Source of the DNA: Chiloscyllium plagiosum
Lineage: Eukaryota
Reading direction: 5' to 3'
DNA: 52,115 nt
Assembly (NCBI RefSeq): GCF_004010195.1
Contig: NC_057752.1
Location: 13,945,431 to 13,997,545 of the forward strand
Part shown: piece after piece, positions 1 through 12,096 of the stretch
Numbering within the stretch: position 1 is the stretch's first letter
How the letters are laid out: the number at the start of each line of letters is the position of its first letter
The notes under the pieces: model-generated
The model's database searches: none
Seen by the model: the letters and a program-made list of their open reading frames with translations, nothing else
What the model was told of the DNA's origin: nothing
Program-made: the position numbers and the translations under genes

Positions 1-157
1 ACCCCTCTCTGTCCTCAATCTCTCAGTGTCCTGTCGGTATAACTCTCCCCCCTCACTCCCACACTGACCTCTCTCTGTCCTCAATCTCTCAGTGTCCTGT
101 CGGTATAACTCTCCCCCCTCACTCCCACACTAACCCCTCTCGGTCCTCAATCTCCTC
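1..157. repeat. 66-bp tandem repeat (about 2.4 copies visible, probably continuing past the window start)
   Basis: acccctctctgtcctcaatctctcagtgtcctgtcggtataactctcccccctcactcccacactg begins at 1, 67 and (partially) 133. Confidence 0.9.
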
Positions 158-1003
158 TGCCTTTTCGATGGAACACAACATAATTCTTGCATTGGCCACT
201 TACCAGTTTCATCATGGTGTCCACCAACCTCCGATCGTGGCCTCTCTCATTTATATTGAACGCTGCCGTAGAGTATGTGCCATTCGCCCATCTCATTTTC
301 TTCTCAACACATCATTCGTCTCTTTCCATGTTTCTCTCTGTCTCTCCACAGATGGTGCCTGACCTGCTCAGTACCTCCGTCTGAATTTCAGTTTCCCGGT
401 GCCCACAGAGTCTGCTTTTGGCGCCCGTACACAGTTTCAAACAAAGCCCCAATTTGGGGATGTGAAAGGGGGTGAGGAGTTAAGGTTGGTGGTCACAGTG
501 GGTCTGCTGCTTAACACTTTGTTCAGGAGAGTGGAGAAAACACCTTCCTGTGGAAACCCCCCACAGTCCCTTCCAAAGGGGAGAGCGTGGTGCTGGAAAC
601 GCACAGCAGGCCGGGCTGCATCCGAGGAGCAGGAGAATCGACGTTTTGGGCATAAGCCCCACTCTGCCATTGAACATGATCATGGCTGATCGTATCCTGG
701 TCTCAACTCCATTTTCCCATGTTCCCCATTGCGGTCTATCCCACTTCTCATCAAGATGTGGATGTGGGTTTTGTTATTTAGGCCCAGTATTTATTGCCCA
801 TCCCTCATTGCCCGGGGGCAGTTAAGAGTCAACCATATTGCTGTGGGTCTGGAGTCACATGTCGGCCAGACCGGGTGAGGAGAGTAGATTTCTTGCCCTA
901 AAAGATATTAATGAACCAGATAAGTTTTTAAACAACAAGAAAAAAAAAAGCTGGCTTTAGCGAACTGCTTTTCAATAAAAATTGAGCTTCTAATGTCCAT
1001 ATT

Positions 1004-1477
1004 CATAGAGTCATAGCTTCATATAGCACGGAAACAGACCCTTCAGTCCAACTCGTCCAGACATCCCAATCTGACCTAATCCCATTTCCCAGCATTTGGC
1101 CCATATCCCTCCAAACCCTTCCTATTCATATACCCATCCAGACGCCTTTTAAATGTTGCAATTGTACCAGCCTCCACCACTTCCTCTGGCAGCTCATTCC
1201 ATACACGCACCACCCTCTGCGTGAAAAAGTTGCCCCTTAGGTCCCTTTTATATCTTTTCCCTCTCATCCTAAACCTATTCCCTCTAATTCTGAACTCCCC
1301 CACCCCAGGGAAAAGCCCTTGTCCATTTATCCTATCCATGCCCCTCATGATTTTATAAACCTCTATAAGGTCACCCCTCAGTTCCAGGGAAAAACAGCCC
1401 CGGCCTATTCAGCCTCTCCCTGTAGCTCAAACTCTCCAACCCTGGCAACATCCTTGTAAATCTTTTCTGAACCCTTT
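1004..1477 (-). mobile_element. CR1-clade LINE 3' fragment
   Basis: ORF2 C-terminus LRGNFFTQRVVRVWNELPEEVVEAGT...; tail ctatgactctatg. Confidence 0.93.
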
Positions 1478-2054
1478 GAAATGGTTGGATTCAAATGCAC
1501 ATCCTCAAAACATTAGCCTGGGCGTTCTGGAGGAATAGTCTCGTGACATGACCACCTCTGTTATTGAGGGGATAGGCCAATATTATCAATTAAGGTCAAT
1601 CCCAAGCCTCAGTTAAGGGTCACAGCTTCAGATGGCACTCGCCTCACCAGAAATGTCAACAGCACGGAGGTACCACCCTTACCTGACCCTTTCCGGTACC
1701 TCTCCTTGTGGGTCAAGCGAATAGAAAGACCAACGATGACTCCCACAGTCCCAAGAGGAAGGGCGAGAAATCCCGGGCCTGGTTTTAGGCCAAAACCAAG
1801 TGGCTCTGAGGACTTCAGCAATGTCCTACCTCTGCCCACCAGTCCTCTCGAAGTTAGGCCGGCTGATTTTCTGCGCAGTTATTTCCGGTTACCAGACGGA
1901 GAGAGTAACATGGAACAGGTCACGCATCTCGTTTCCCAGGAATAATGTTGCAGCAGGAAGTCACCCGCGAGATGTCAATCCGTGCTTGGCTCGGCTGGCG
2001 AAAGCTGCAGTGGGACGTTTCGCCCCGTTCCCGCGACTTAATTCACCAAAAAGC

Positions 2055-2692
2055 CAAAAGTAAAACTGAAACTGCTGGAGAAACTCAGGTCGCACCTGTC
2101 GGGATGGAAGCAGAGCTCGTGTTTCAAATCCTTCTTCAGAACTGATCGGGGCTCGGAAGAGGTGGTATTTGTGCTGATGACAGGATGTGGGGCGTTTGGG
2201 GGGGGGCAGGAGTGAGTGGCTAGGTGGAGACAGAGCCCAGAAGGAAAGAGAGAGAAAGACAGTTAGACAGACACAGGGACAGCTGATAGTGAGCCAGGGA
2301 AGGAAAAAAGCTGGCAATGAGGTGAATGAGTCAGTGAGACTGGGTTGGTTGCACAGAAAGCAGCCCATATGATCACGGGGCCTGGGCTGGGGGGGCTGGG
2401 GGAAAGGACATTAAACTCAATATGGCGTCCAAAAGGCTGCAGTGGAAAATGAGATGCTGAGACAAGCCTGAGACAGGGGAACACACTGGCGTATCGAAGT
2501 GGCAGGCAACTGGAAGCTTACAGTCCTTTATATTTTAGCAGTAGATGTTCTGCAAAGCAGTCACCCAGTCTGGGTTTCATCTCCCCAATGTCGAGGTGAC
2601 TACATTGTGAGCAGTGAATACAGTGGACTCGATTGCGTGAAGTACAGGGGAAAGTGCTGCTTCACCTGGGAGGCAGGTCTGGGACCTTGGTA
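2055..2692 (-). mobile_element. Degenerate Penelope-like element 3' end (GIY-YIG endonuclease remnant plus terminal repeat)
   Basis: Reverse strand reads QGPRPASQVKQHFPCTSRNRVHCIHCSQCSHLDIGEMKPRLGDCFAEHL, LPVACHF and LQPFGRHIEFN, a decayed VYCIxCxxC-YIGET-R-EH GIY-YIG motif. Confidence 0.8.
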
Positions 2693-2875
2693 CTAAACCA
2701 TGTAGTCTTGCAAATGCCAGTCCCTGATCTGTGCCAACTTAAGTGTTCCGGCTGGGTCTCATCCCGGTCAGCAGGAGAAGCCATCTTGAATTCCCAACAC
2801 CAAAAGCAGGTCTGTCGTGGTGCTGAATCAGGCTTTGTGGTGGTGTCTGCTGCAGTCAAATCGTCTTGGTTAGAG

Positions 2876-3230
2876 ACCAAAAACAAACTGCAGATGTTGG
2901 AATCCAAAGTAGGCAGGCAGGAGGCTGGAAGAACACAGCAGGCCAGGCAACGTCAGGAGGTGATGAAGTCAATGTTTCGGGTGTAACCTTTCTTAAGGAC
3001 TGGGGGTGGGTGTCAGGGGGAGCTGCAGATAAAGGGGGTGGCGGGGGCACGGTGTTGAGGTGGGGATGGGTGAAGACAGGTAGACGTACAATGTGACCTG
3101 GTTGGTGGCTGGGAGGAGTGGAAGGGAGGGGGAGGGGCTGGGAAGGGAGTCAGGGGGTGAGGAGGGAGGGTGATTTGAAATTGGAGAACTCAGTGTTGAG
3201 TCCTCTGGGCTGTAGGCCGCCCAGTGAAAT
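2876..3230 (-). mobile_element. Penelope-like element 3' end
   Basis: LGGLQPRGLNTEFSNFK at about 3170-3225, then a pyrimidine-rich UTR and the terminal repeat (ctgcagatgttgg on +). Confidence 0.75.
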
Positions 3231-3836
3231 AATCTACTCGACATTCAGCATTCTGACTTACCTACGAAGAGCAGCCACTCAGCCAAGGCAGTGGAAGATA
3301 ACCAGTGCTCAGAAATCTGAAGCCCTGCCACAGAGGCAAGAGAGCAGGGAGAGATCCTGTGGTGAAGCTCAAAACATTAACTAAATTCAAATCACACCCT
3401 TTGCCCAATAAGAGACAAATGGTTTTCAACTCAATGAACCACAGTAGCATCTAGATGCACAGGGATCAGAAGATCGATTAAAACGGGAAACTCTGGGAAT
3501 AGCCTGTTTCTGTCTTTGCAGATGCTGAGTTAACATTTCAGTCTGTGACTTTTTAGCCGAATGTTTGAAGAGAGGTCATTGACCTGAAAATGTCACCCTC
3601 TGTTTCTCTCTCGACAAATCCTGCACTTGCCAGCTTTATTGCCGCTTACCACAATATGCTTCTTTTAGCGCTTGCCAGTGAGCTGGACTTGCCTTTTCAT
3701 GCTTAGACTTTCAAATGTTTTCTGTAGCAAGTTGCTGAAGGTACAATCGGATAACTGACTGATGAACACTGGAGCAGAAGTCGGAGGAAAGTCAGGGTAT
3801 TCTGGACTTAGGCGAACAGGGTGATTACCCAATCTA

Positions 3837-4470
3837 GGCGGCGTGGTGGCTCAGTGGTTAGCACTGCTGCCTTCCAGCGCCAAGGGTTCGATTCCACCCT
3901 TGGGCAACTGTCTGTGTGGAGTTTGCACGTTATCCCCGTGACTGTGCGGATTCCCTCTGGGTGCTTTGGTTTCCTCCCACAATCCAAACATGTGCAGGGT
4001 TGGTGGATTGACCATGATTAGAGTGGTGCTGGAAAAGCACAGCAGGTCAGGCAGCATCCGAGGAGCAGGAAAATTGACATTTCAGGAAAAGCCCTTCATC
4101 AGGAATGAGGCTGGGAGCCTCGGTGTGGAGAGACAAATGGGAGGGGAGGCGGGTGGGGCTGGGGAGAGGGTGGAGTGGATCGGTGGGAAGGAAGATTGAC
4201 AGGTGGGATAGGTCATGAGGACAGTGCTGAACTGGAAGGTTGGAACTAGGCTAAGGTGGGATGAGGGGTAATGAGGAAACTGGTGAAGTCCACATTGATG
4301 CCCTGGGGTTGAAGGGTTCTGAGGTGGAAGATGAGGTGTTCTTCCTCCAGCTCAATTGCCCTATAGTGTTCAGGGATGTGTAGGAAGCTCTAGGAAATGT
4401 AGGGTTACAGCAATGGACCAGTGTGGACTTGATGGGCCAAATAGCCGGCTTCCACACTGTAGGAATTCTA
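3837..4470 (+). mobile_element. HE1-like V-SINE interrupted by a Penelope-like fragment (about 4017-4350)
   Basis: Head ggcggcgtggtggctcagtggttagcactgctgcc. SINE breaks at ...ggattgaccatg and resumes ctcaattgccctatagtg at 4351. Confidence 0.85.
4017..4350 (-). mobile_element. Penelope-like element 3' end inside a V-SINE
   Basis: EEHLIFHLRTLQPQGINVDFTSFL followed by cctgatgaagggcttttcctgaaatgtc and the terminal repeat. Confidence 0.8.
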
Positions 4471-4628
4471 TGAACGCAGCCTCTTAACTGATCAAATTGA
4501 CAGATTATGCAATTCACAGCACATCAAGGACATGTAAATCCCAGTAGAAAGAGAGGCTGATAAAGGTTGAACTGAGAGAGAAAGGGAATTAAAAATGCAG
4601 ACTCAAAAATGCTGGAAAAAGAGAGAGG

Positions 4629-4848
4629 TAAAAACAATGACTGCAGATGCTGGAAACCAGATTCTGGATTAGTGGTGCTGGAAGAGCACAGCAATTCAGG
4701 CAGCATCCAAGGAGCAGCGAAATCGATGTTTCGGGCAAAAGCCCTTCGATTTATTCCTGATGAAGGGCTTTTGCCCGAAACGTCGATTTCGCTGCTCCTT
4801 GGATGCTGCCTGAATTGCTGTGCTCTTCCAGCACCACTAATCCAGAAT
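4629..4848. mobile_element. Fold-back Penelope-like terminal-repeat insertion with 17-bp TSD
   Basis: TSD ctggaaaaagagagagg at 4612-4628 and 4849-4865; inverted arms of about 90 bp (4658-4747 and 4762-4852). Confidence 0.9.
4757..4785 (+). ncRNA. Minimal hammerhead-ribozyme-like motif in a Penelope-like repeat
   Basis: CTGATGA-A-GGGC-TTTT-GCCC-GAAA-CGTCG: core boxes CUGANGA and GAAA around a stem II. Activity unknown; stem III is very short. Confidence 0.55.
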
Positions 4849-5494
4849 CTGGAAAAAGAGAGAGGATGTCAAAACATTTCATTTTGTACTCATCAGGACA
4901 GAATGGCAAGAATGCCAAATTTCACAGGGAATAATGATGTATACTGCACTTGCCATCCAACAGCACCCTCTTATGCAGCGTCAATTTCAATTGTTGTTGA
5001 GATTTCATATTCATATGATTCTGCCCTGGTAAGTACAAGACAAAATGCTTTGGATCCATCTATGTTTCTTTCGCGATGCTTCAGAATTGAAAATCTCCAA
5101 AAATAAAACCAATTCAAACCTGAAGGAACGAGACTCCAAGTTAGTATTTCAGTTTCAGTGCAGGCAAGGTCAACTGAGAGCAATGTCCCCATCCAGCTTG
5201 CTCCCTGCCCGCCCCACGCAGGCTGCTGGCACTGTTCGGATACCACACGTGCAGCACTATATCAAGATATTTCAAGGAACCGCACAATTTCAGGCATTGT
5301 CCATGGACTTGCACAAAGAAAATGGAGACATTGCTGGGGTGGGCCTAATCTCGAGCAAGTACAGTGATTTCATGCGACTTTAACAGTGAAGCAGATGCCA
5401 AGATGTCAAGCTAAAGGAACAATGCATTTTTGGTGCAACTTTAGAACTTGTGTGTGGAACTGTGCATCTGCTTGAAGTTGTTCCACCTTCCGTA

Positions 5495-6025
5495 CATAAG
5501 ACCATAAGACCATAAGACATAGGAGCGGAAGTAAGATCATTCGGCCCATCGAGTCCACCCCGCCATTCAATCATGGCTGATGAGCATTTCAACTCCACTT
5601 ACCTGCATTCTCCCTGTAGCCCTTAATTCCTTGTGACATCAAGAATTTATCAATTTCTGCCTTGAAGACATTTAGCGTCCCGGCCTCCACTGCACTCTGT
5701 GGCAATGGATTCCACAGGCCCACCACTCTCTGGCTGAAGAAATGTCTCCGCATTTCTGTTCTGAATTTACCCCCTCTAATTCTAAGGCTGTGTCCATGGG
5801 TCCCAGTCTCCTCGCCTAACGGAAACAATTTCCTAGCGTCCACCCTCTCCAAGCCATGTATTATCTTGCACGTTTCTATTAGCTCTCCCCTTAATCTTCT
5901 AAACTCCAATGAATACAATCCCAGGATCCTCAGCCGTCCCTCGTATGTTAGACCTACCATTCCAGGGATCATCCGTGTGAATCTCCGCTGGACACGCTCC
6001 AGTGCCAGTATGTCCCTCCTGAGGT
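5495..6025 (-). mobile_element. CR1-clade LINE 3' fragment
   Basis: LERVQRRFTRMIPG...RRHFFSQRVVGLWNPLP; (cttatggt)n tail. Confidence 0.93.
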
Positions 6026-7185
6026 AGCAACTGTCACGTGCCATTTCGTTATTCTGATAGCAAATTATGGGCTCAACACATTTCTCTCTCTTGCCCCCAT
6101 GGGTGATAACTCATGATTGCAGCATCTCACACACTGCCCTGACTGAGCACCTTCATAACGGGGTTCTCCCCCCCCCGGTTTGCAACAGGCATCCTGTCGC
6201 TGTACTAAATGCAGACTGATCGAGCAAAGCAGGTTTTTAAAAGACATGAAGTTGAAATTCTGCTTAAGGAGAGGGCCCCACTGATAGGACATTCCCATGC
6301 CGAACACGACTTGGCGAGTGCTTTTCTTGTCTCAAGCCACTTGTGTGGCAGAAGCAAAGCAATCCTCTCTATTGTAGTCCCCGCACTTTTCACCTCTCAA
6401 ATCCGTACAGTTCAGAAAGAGACCATTTGACCCATCAAGTCCGCACTGACCCTCGGAACAACATCCCATCCACATCCTGGTCCAGCAGGATTAATCCACC
6501 TAGCCTGCACATCTTTGGACTATGGGAGGTAAACTCACGCTGACACAGGGAGCTTGCACATTCAGTCGCCCGAGGCTGGGATCGAACCTGGGTCCCTGGT
6601 GCTGTGAGGCCAACTGTTGGGCCATGGGCTCCCATTGGACGCAAGTGCGGACCAATCCAAAGAGTTGCACTGGTTTGCGCAGGGTGGCTGACCTGAAAGC
6701 TCTCCCACCCTTCCAGCCAGAGGGATTCGCAGACTGACGGAGCTGGGAGGCGTTTTTGAAAGCAGCTCACTGGTCTTGAACAGCTAACTCGGTTTCTCTC
6801 TCTCCCCAGATGCTGCCAGACCTGTCGGGTTTCTCCAGCACTTCTTTCTTTTCTTTAACCCAGAAAACAATCACAATAAACAATAAAGAAAAACAAAAAT
6901 TCAAAATAAACTCCTCCACAGTAGGAAGACACCAACAGCAGTAAATCAGACACACTGACTGTGGTTCCAGGCTGTTCAGAAGTCAGTCTCTGCTCCTGCT
7001 TAACACAGAAAAGTCCTTCACACACTGATCCAGCTCTGAACAGAGCCCCTGACACCCGTGTATATTTTTTCTCCTTTAGTGAACAGAACGCTGCCTATTG
7101 TTGTGTCAGTTCAATAAGCGACCTCCTCATTAGCCCTCTCGCTGTTCATTGCAAACAGACGGCAACCAAGTTTGATTCGATTTGA

Positions 7186-7560
7186 TTTATTATTAACGTC
7201 AAAATCAATTTCACAAAACTGTTATTCAGAGAATGCTGAGTGCTTTTAATGGCAAATGTTTTTCAGGCAATTTATTATGACATGGAACTTCGCAAAATAC
7301 AATAATAAAATAAATATTAGTAAAACACTAAACATCGAGGGAAGGAGATATTTACAAAATATTACATGTGATCAAGAACTTGCATAGAAACAATAGTGAC
7401 TCGGTGTATATTTAAATAAACAGGACACTGATTTTAGATGAGACAAGCTATTAACTAGAACCTAGAAATCGTGCTGTGCAGCTATTGTACAAGTCCTTAA
7501 CATGTTTGTTTTAAATTCCTTTCTCTGATACTCAGACAGAAGGCAAAGAGATGGATATGA
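7186..7560 (-). promoter_or_regulatory. Possible distal 3'UTR end and polyadenylation region of GRASP
   Basis: Minus-strand AATAAA at 7186-7191 and 7271-7276 (tttatt on +). The upstream minus-strand sequence is non-repetitive and AU-rich, as in vertebrate 3'UTR ends. A proximal AATAAA also exists at 14949-14954. Confidence 0.35.
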
Positions 7561-8329
7561 ACATGTTTAAGGATTTGTAGCATTATCTCTCAACAGCCGA
7601 TGACCATTCTCTGGCTAACTGACATACACAACCTCATGGTGACACGAAGGGTGAATCCTCAGCTGGGTGGGATTGGGGAAGGGTGCGGTGATGGACCGGG
7701 AGAATGGGCAGGTCAGAGGGCAAAGTCCCAGGCGGGTGGGGAAATCAGAACAAATCTGGTGCACAAAGGCACCACAACCCGAAGGATTTCAGCTGGCAAT
7801 GCTCAAGATGCAGAACTTGTCGAGGTTAATGGGCTTCAGAGCCTGGGTCACAGGTCCTAGGGCCTCAGAGTACTAGATTTAGACTCCATTGCTCCAGCGT
7901 GTCAAAACTAAATGCCTGAATGCAATTTAGCTGAAGAATACCATGAAACATAAAAAGCATGGTCATCTTTTTTTCTTTCAAAAGATAAAATTGCCATTCT
8001 GATGTGCACCTCCATCTGGCAGTACAGCTTTCTTGCTGATGATTCAAAGAATTTCAAAAGCTGTTCGGAACAGGCAGTCCCTTGGTTTCATGAGCCCGTT
8101 CCACCGTTTCGTTGGATCAGCACCGATACTGGTCCTCAACTCATCGAGCCACCTTGGTTCCACGCATAACATAAAACTGTCAACGTTTGATTAAGCACAA
8201 AACGTACCTCTGTGAAGCTGCTCTGCGTCCAGCTTCTGTCTTTTTTAAAGGCACAATGCGTCAAGTGTCACGAGGGTAATTTCAGGTGAAATATCTGGTT
8301 ACTTTTGGTTTGTAAGCCAATTATGCTCG

Positions 8330-8530
8330 GTTTGGTTGGGGTGGCTGGTCTATATTGCAGAGTGATACGAACAGCGTGGGTTTGATTCCTGCACTGACCA
8401 AGATTATTCTGGAGGCCTCTCTGCCTCAACCTCTCCCTTTGCCCGAGGCACAGTGACCTTCAGGTTTAACCATCGCCAGCTGTCACTCTCTAATGGGAAA
8501 GAGAGAGAGAGTAGGACGATGGAATGTTTG
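8330..8530 (+). mobile_element. Further short SINE-like family (also about 12400-12590 +, 34830-34990 -, 39895-40075 -)
   Basis: Shared cagcgtgggttcaatt...aacctcccc...gaggc..gtgacc.tcaggttaaaccacc...ctctctaatg across four copies. Confidence 0.6.
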
Positions 8531-9000
8531 CTTTAATAATACCTGCCTCAGGAAGTTCAAAGCTGAACACAGCACATGGGCTACACTAGAACGCCTGAGC
8601 AGTTTAAAAATGTCTGGCACTCGTGCCATTTTTACCTTTGCTTCCATTTGGACATCAGACTAAATTACAGGATATCGTTTCCACTTCAAGTGGAATTGAA
8701 TGTAAGCTCGTCAACACTAAATTCAATAAGAAATTCAGGAACACGCACTTTCTCAGAGAACACTCTGAAAGGGGGACTTTCTACCATGACAAGTGGACAA
8801 GGTGAATAACATGCATCTGTTTTAAGAGCAAGCAAAATAAACACGAGGGCAAAAGGGCTAAGGTGAAGAGGGGTGGGACCAGGCTTGTGTGGATTGAGCT
8901 AAATGCCTTGCCAACGAAAACCATGTCTACAGTATGTGTGGTGGCATCTGCAAATCTCAACTGTTCGGGACCATTCTGGCTTTGGTCATTGTCTATGAAG

Positions 9001-9202
9001 AGAAAGTGAGGGCTGCAGATGCTGGAGATCAGAGCTGAAAATGTGTTGCTGGAAAAACGCAGCAGGTCAGGCAGCATCCAAGGAACAGGAGAATCGACGT
9101 TTCGGGCATGAGCCCGAAGAAGGGCTCATGCCCGAAACGTCGATTCTCCTGCTCCTTGGATGCTGCCTGACCTTCTGCGCTTTACCAGCAACACATTTTC
9201 AA
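9001..9202. mobile_element. Fold-back Penelope-like terminal-repeat insertion with 14-bp TSD
   Basis: TSD cattgtctatgaag at 8987-9000 and 9203-9216; inverted arms meet at ...gggcatgagccc|gaagaagggctcatgccc... Confidence 0.9.
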
Positions 9203-9435
9203 CATTGTCTATGAAGGTCAATGTTCAGCCCCAGCACGACGCAGAGGTATCCGGACTACAAAAAAAAAAGACTGAAAGCAAATTTGACTAAGGGAGTGAG
9301 AAAACAAACACTGCCGACAGTGTCTTGGACCCTATTTATTTTGCACTAAAGTAGGACGCAAGAAACAGAATTGAACAAACAAGACACCATTTTGACAGCG
9401 TGAGATTGGCATGCTGATTGGTTAGGTCTCCGTTG

Positions 9436-9657
9436 GCAAGAACAGTTAACTGTCACTCTCCAGTCTCAGATCAGGCAGGGAGATTCGGATTGGTCAGAGG
9501 GGTTTCCATGGGGATGCAGCAGAGTTTGGCTGTCTCCGTGACCCCTTTTTTCCCCCCCCCAAGAGGTACAATGTTTGGACAAAATCCTTCCATTGACCAA
9601 TCAGGATCTACCCGCCTGGTCTAAGAATGAAGATTGACAGTCAACTGACCTTGTTGC
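9436..9657. repeat. Imperfect inverted repeat of about 65 bp with a spacer of about 90 bp
   Basis: cagttaactgtcactctccagtctcagatcaggcagggagattcggattggtca versus the reverse-complemented right arm cagttgactgtcaatcttcattcttagaccaggcgggtagatcctgattggtca, about 80% identical. Confidence 0.8.
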
Positions 9658-10369
9658 ATCTCCTATATGCTCTATAAAATGGCATCTCTTGCTTTTGTTT
9701 TTAAACTCAAGGCCGTTTCTTGCATCCTAATTCTAAGGTTGAGGGGGGGGGGGGGGGGGGGGAGTGGCAATCCAGCAAAGGCATAATGGGCTGAACGGAA
9801 TGTTTCTGTGCTGTAGCATTTCTGAGAGGGTTAAAAGCTTGAACTTCGTACATGAGGGGTTTGATTTTATTTTAAACTTTTTTCTTGTGTGTTTTTTGTA
9901 CGGATTTGAATTGTATTGTTTTGCATTTGTTGGAATATTAAAAAAATCTGTTTTTTTAAAAAAATATAATTTTTTTTGAAAAAAGCTTGAACTTCAAGTC
10001 TCTTTTTAGCAGGACTGTGGCAAGTGTTCCAAACATTTTAAAAAAAGCTACATATTTTCCAGAATCTTTCAGCTCATTCTAAAGCTACACTGTATTTTCA
10101 GTGAACATGCTATAAAGTGGAACTGGACAAATATAAAGAGGGTGCAACATGCAGAATCTGCTTAGAGTAAGCTGAAAGGGCTCCTCACCCAGTTTGGATG
10201 TTGATACAGAACTGGTCTTGCAGTTTGTTAAAGGCACACAGGTATTAGGTTTCCTCAGGTCAGGAGGAAGACTGAGCAGGTGTGTATGTGCGTGTGTCGA
10301 AAAGGGAGTTGGTCGGATAAAGACAACTACTTCTTACTGTCTGAACTTAGCCAAGCCAATAGGAAGAGA

Positions 10370-10770
10370 CTTGCATTTATGTATCGCCTGTCAGGACTTC
10401 AAGGACACCTCCCAAATCGCATCGCAGCCAATGAAGTACGTTGGGAGTGGCGGTACTGATGTCAGGCAGGAAAAGCAGCAGCCAATTTGCACACCGAAAA
10501 TAGCAACAAGAGTGAGAGCCCGAGCAGCTGATCAGTTCCAGAGGGACGCTGGGGAGGAACCTCCCTGCTCTTCGTCCCAATAAAGCCATGGAAGCCTGTG
10601 TGTTAATGGACAGGGTCAACGAGACCTTTGTTTAATGTCTCATCGGAAAGCCACCATGTCTGGGCAAGCAGACCTCTCCATACTGACACTACAAGGGTCA
10701 GCTCTGTTTTGCCTGAAGGGTGGGTTTTGAACTCTTACCTTTCCATCTCAAAAGAAAGAGAGCCAAGGGC
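10370..10770 (-). mobile_element. Diverged Deu-domain SINE (SacSINE1/AmnSINE-like)
   Basis: gacttgcatttatgtatcgcc...cccaaatcgc...aactccctgctcttc...tttaatgtctcatcggaaag is the reverse-complement DeuSINE layout as I recall it. Confidence 0.6.
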
Positions 10771-10816
10771 TGAGCTATTTGGTTACTAATGTTAACATCC
10801 ACTTGGCTGATGGGAT

Positions 10817-11325
10817 TGAGTCATGCAGCACGGAAACAGGCCCCTTTGCAGACCAGGTTTCCGAAACTGAACTAGTCCCGTTTGCCTGCGTTTAGCACAT
10901 ATCCCTATAAAACCCTTCCTATCCGCATAGCGGTCCTAATGTTGCAATTGTACCCGTCTCTATCACTTCCTCTGACAGTTCTTCCATACATGCACCACCC
11001 TCTGTGTGAAAATGTTGCTCCTTAAGTCTTTTCCCTCTCATCCTAAACCTTTGTCTTCTCTCTCCTCCACCATGGGGTAAAAACATTGACTATTCACCTT
11101 ATCTATGCTGCTCATGATTTTATAAACTTCTACAAGGTCACCCCTCGGCCTCCTACGCTCAAAGGAAAAAAACCCAGTCTGTCCAACCTTTCCTTATAAC
11201 TCAAATATTCCAGTCCTGGAAACATCCTTATAAATCTTTTCTGCACCCTCTCCAGTTTAATAACATCCTTCCTATAGCAGAGTGATCAGACTTGAATGTG
11301 GTAGCTTCACCAATGTCTCAACATG
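10817..11325 (-). mobile_element. CR1 LINE 3' fragment, degenerate
   Basis: caccaccctctgtgtgaaaa...catgattttataaac...aggtcaccc, homologous to the other CR1 copies. Confidence 0.85.
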
Positions 11326-11399
11326 ACACTGTCTGTAATGGGCTACACTGGCTCCTTAAGCACTGTTTGGAACTCAAAAAGGCAAAAGTTGCAATTGTA

Positions 11400-11668
11400 C
11401 AGTGGTTCAGTGGTTAGCACTGCTGTCTCATAGTACCAGGGACCTGGGTTCGATTCCACCTTTGGGCGACTGTATGGAATTTGCACATTCTCCCCGTGTC
11501 TGCATGGGTTTCCTCCCACAGTCCAAAGATGTGCAGGTTAGGGTGGATTGGACTTGCTAAGTTGCCCCATAGTCTTCAGGGATGTGCAGATTAAGGGGAA
11601 TGGGTCTGGGTCGGTGTGGATTTGTTGGGCCAAAGTGCCTGTGTCCACACTGTAGGGATTCTATTCTA
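11400..11668 (+). mobile_element. HE1-like V-SINE
   Basis: gtggttcagtggttagcactgctgtctca...ttgcacattctccccgtgtctgc...cacactgtagggattctattcta. Confidence 0.85.
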
Positions 11669-12023
11669 AATTAGCCTTCTCCTGGTTGACCTTAAAGTAT
11701 CACAAAAATTGGCAGTTCAATTGTTGCCAAAGTCCGAACTCAGGGTGTTACCATTCACTCAAAGCTTGGCTGAATTTCTCAGTTATTGCCAGCGTCGGGC
11801 AAAGCTTTAAAAAGGTCGATGGCCCAAGGCAGCTGATCAGAGGCCTAGCCTTCAGGCTTTAGCCACTCATGATAATGAGCAAACCTAATCTCAACTGGAT
11901 TAACTCCAATCTGAAGCAGGATGCAGCCATCCTTCAGCCTGCCTATTGTTTCATGTTACTGACAGGCTTCCTTTGCATCGAGAGCTTTCTGATTTTAGCC
12001 TGTCACAGCTGATGTTGACATCC

Positions 12024-12096
12024 ACTCCCCCATCCCCCACAGCTGCTCCCCCCACCAGCCACTCCCCCATCCCCCACAGCTGCTCCCCCCACCAGC
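12024..12096. repeat. Short C-rich direct duplication (about 37 bp, 2 copies)
   Basis: actcccccatcccccacagctgctccccccaccagc occurs twice. Confidence 0.8.

Noticed and set aside
3837..3905. tRNA-like sequences here and at other SINE heads
   Set aside because: They are Pol III A/B-box heads continuous with V-SINE bodies, not tRNA genes.
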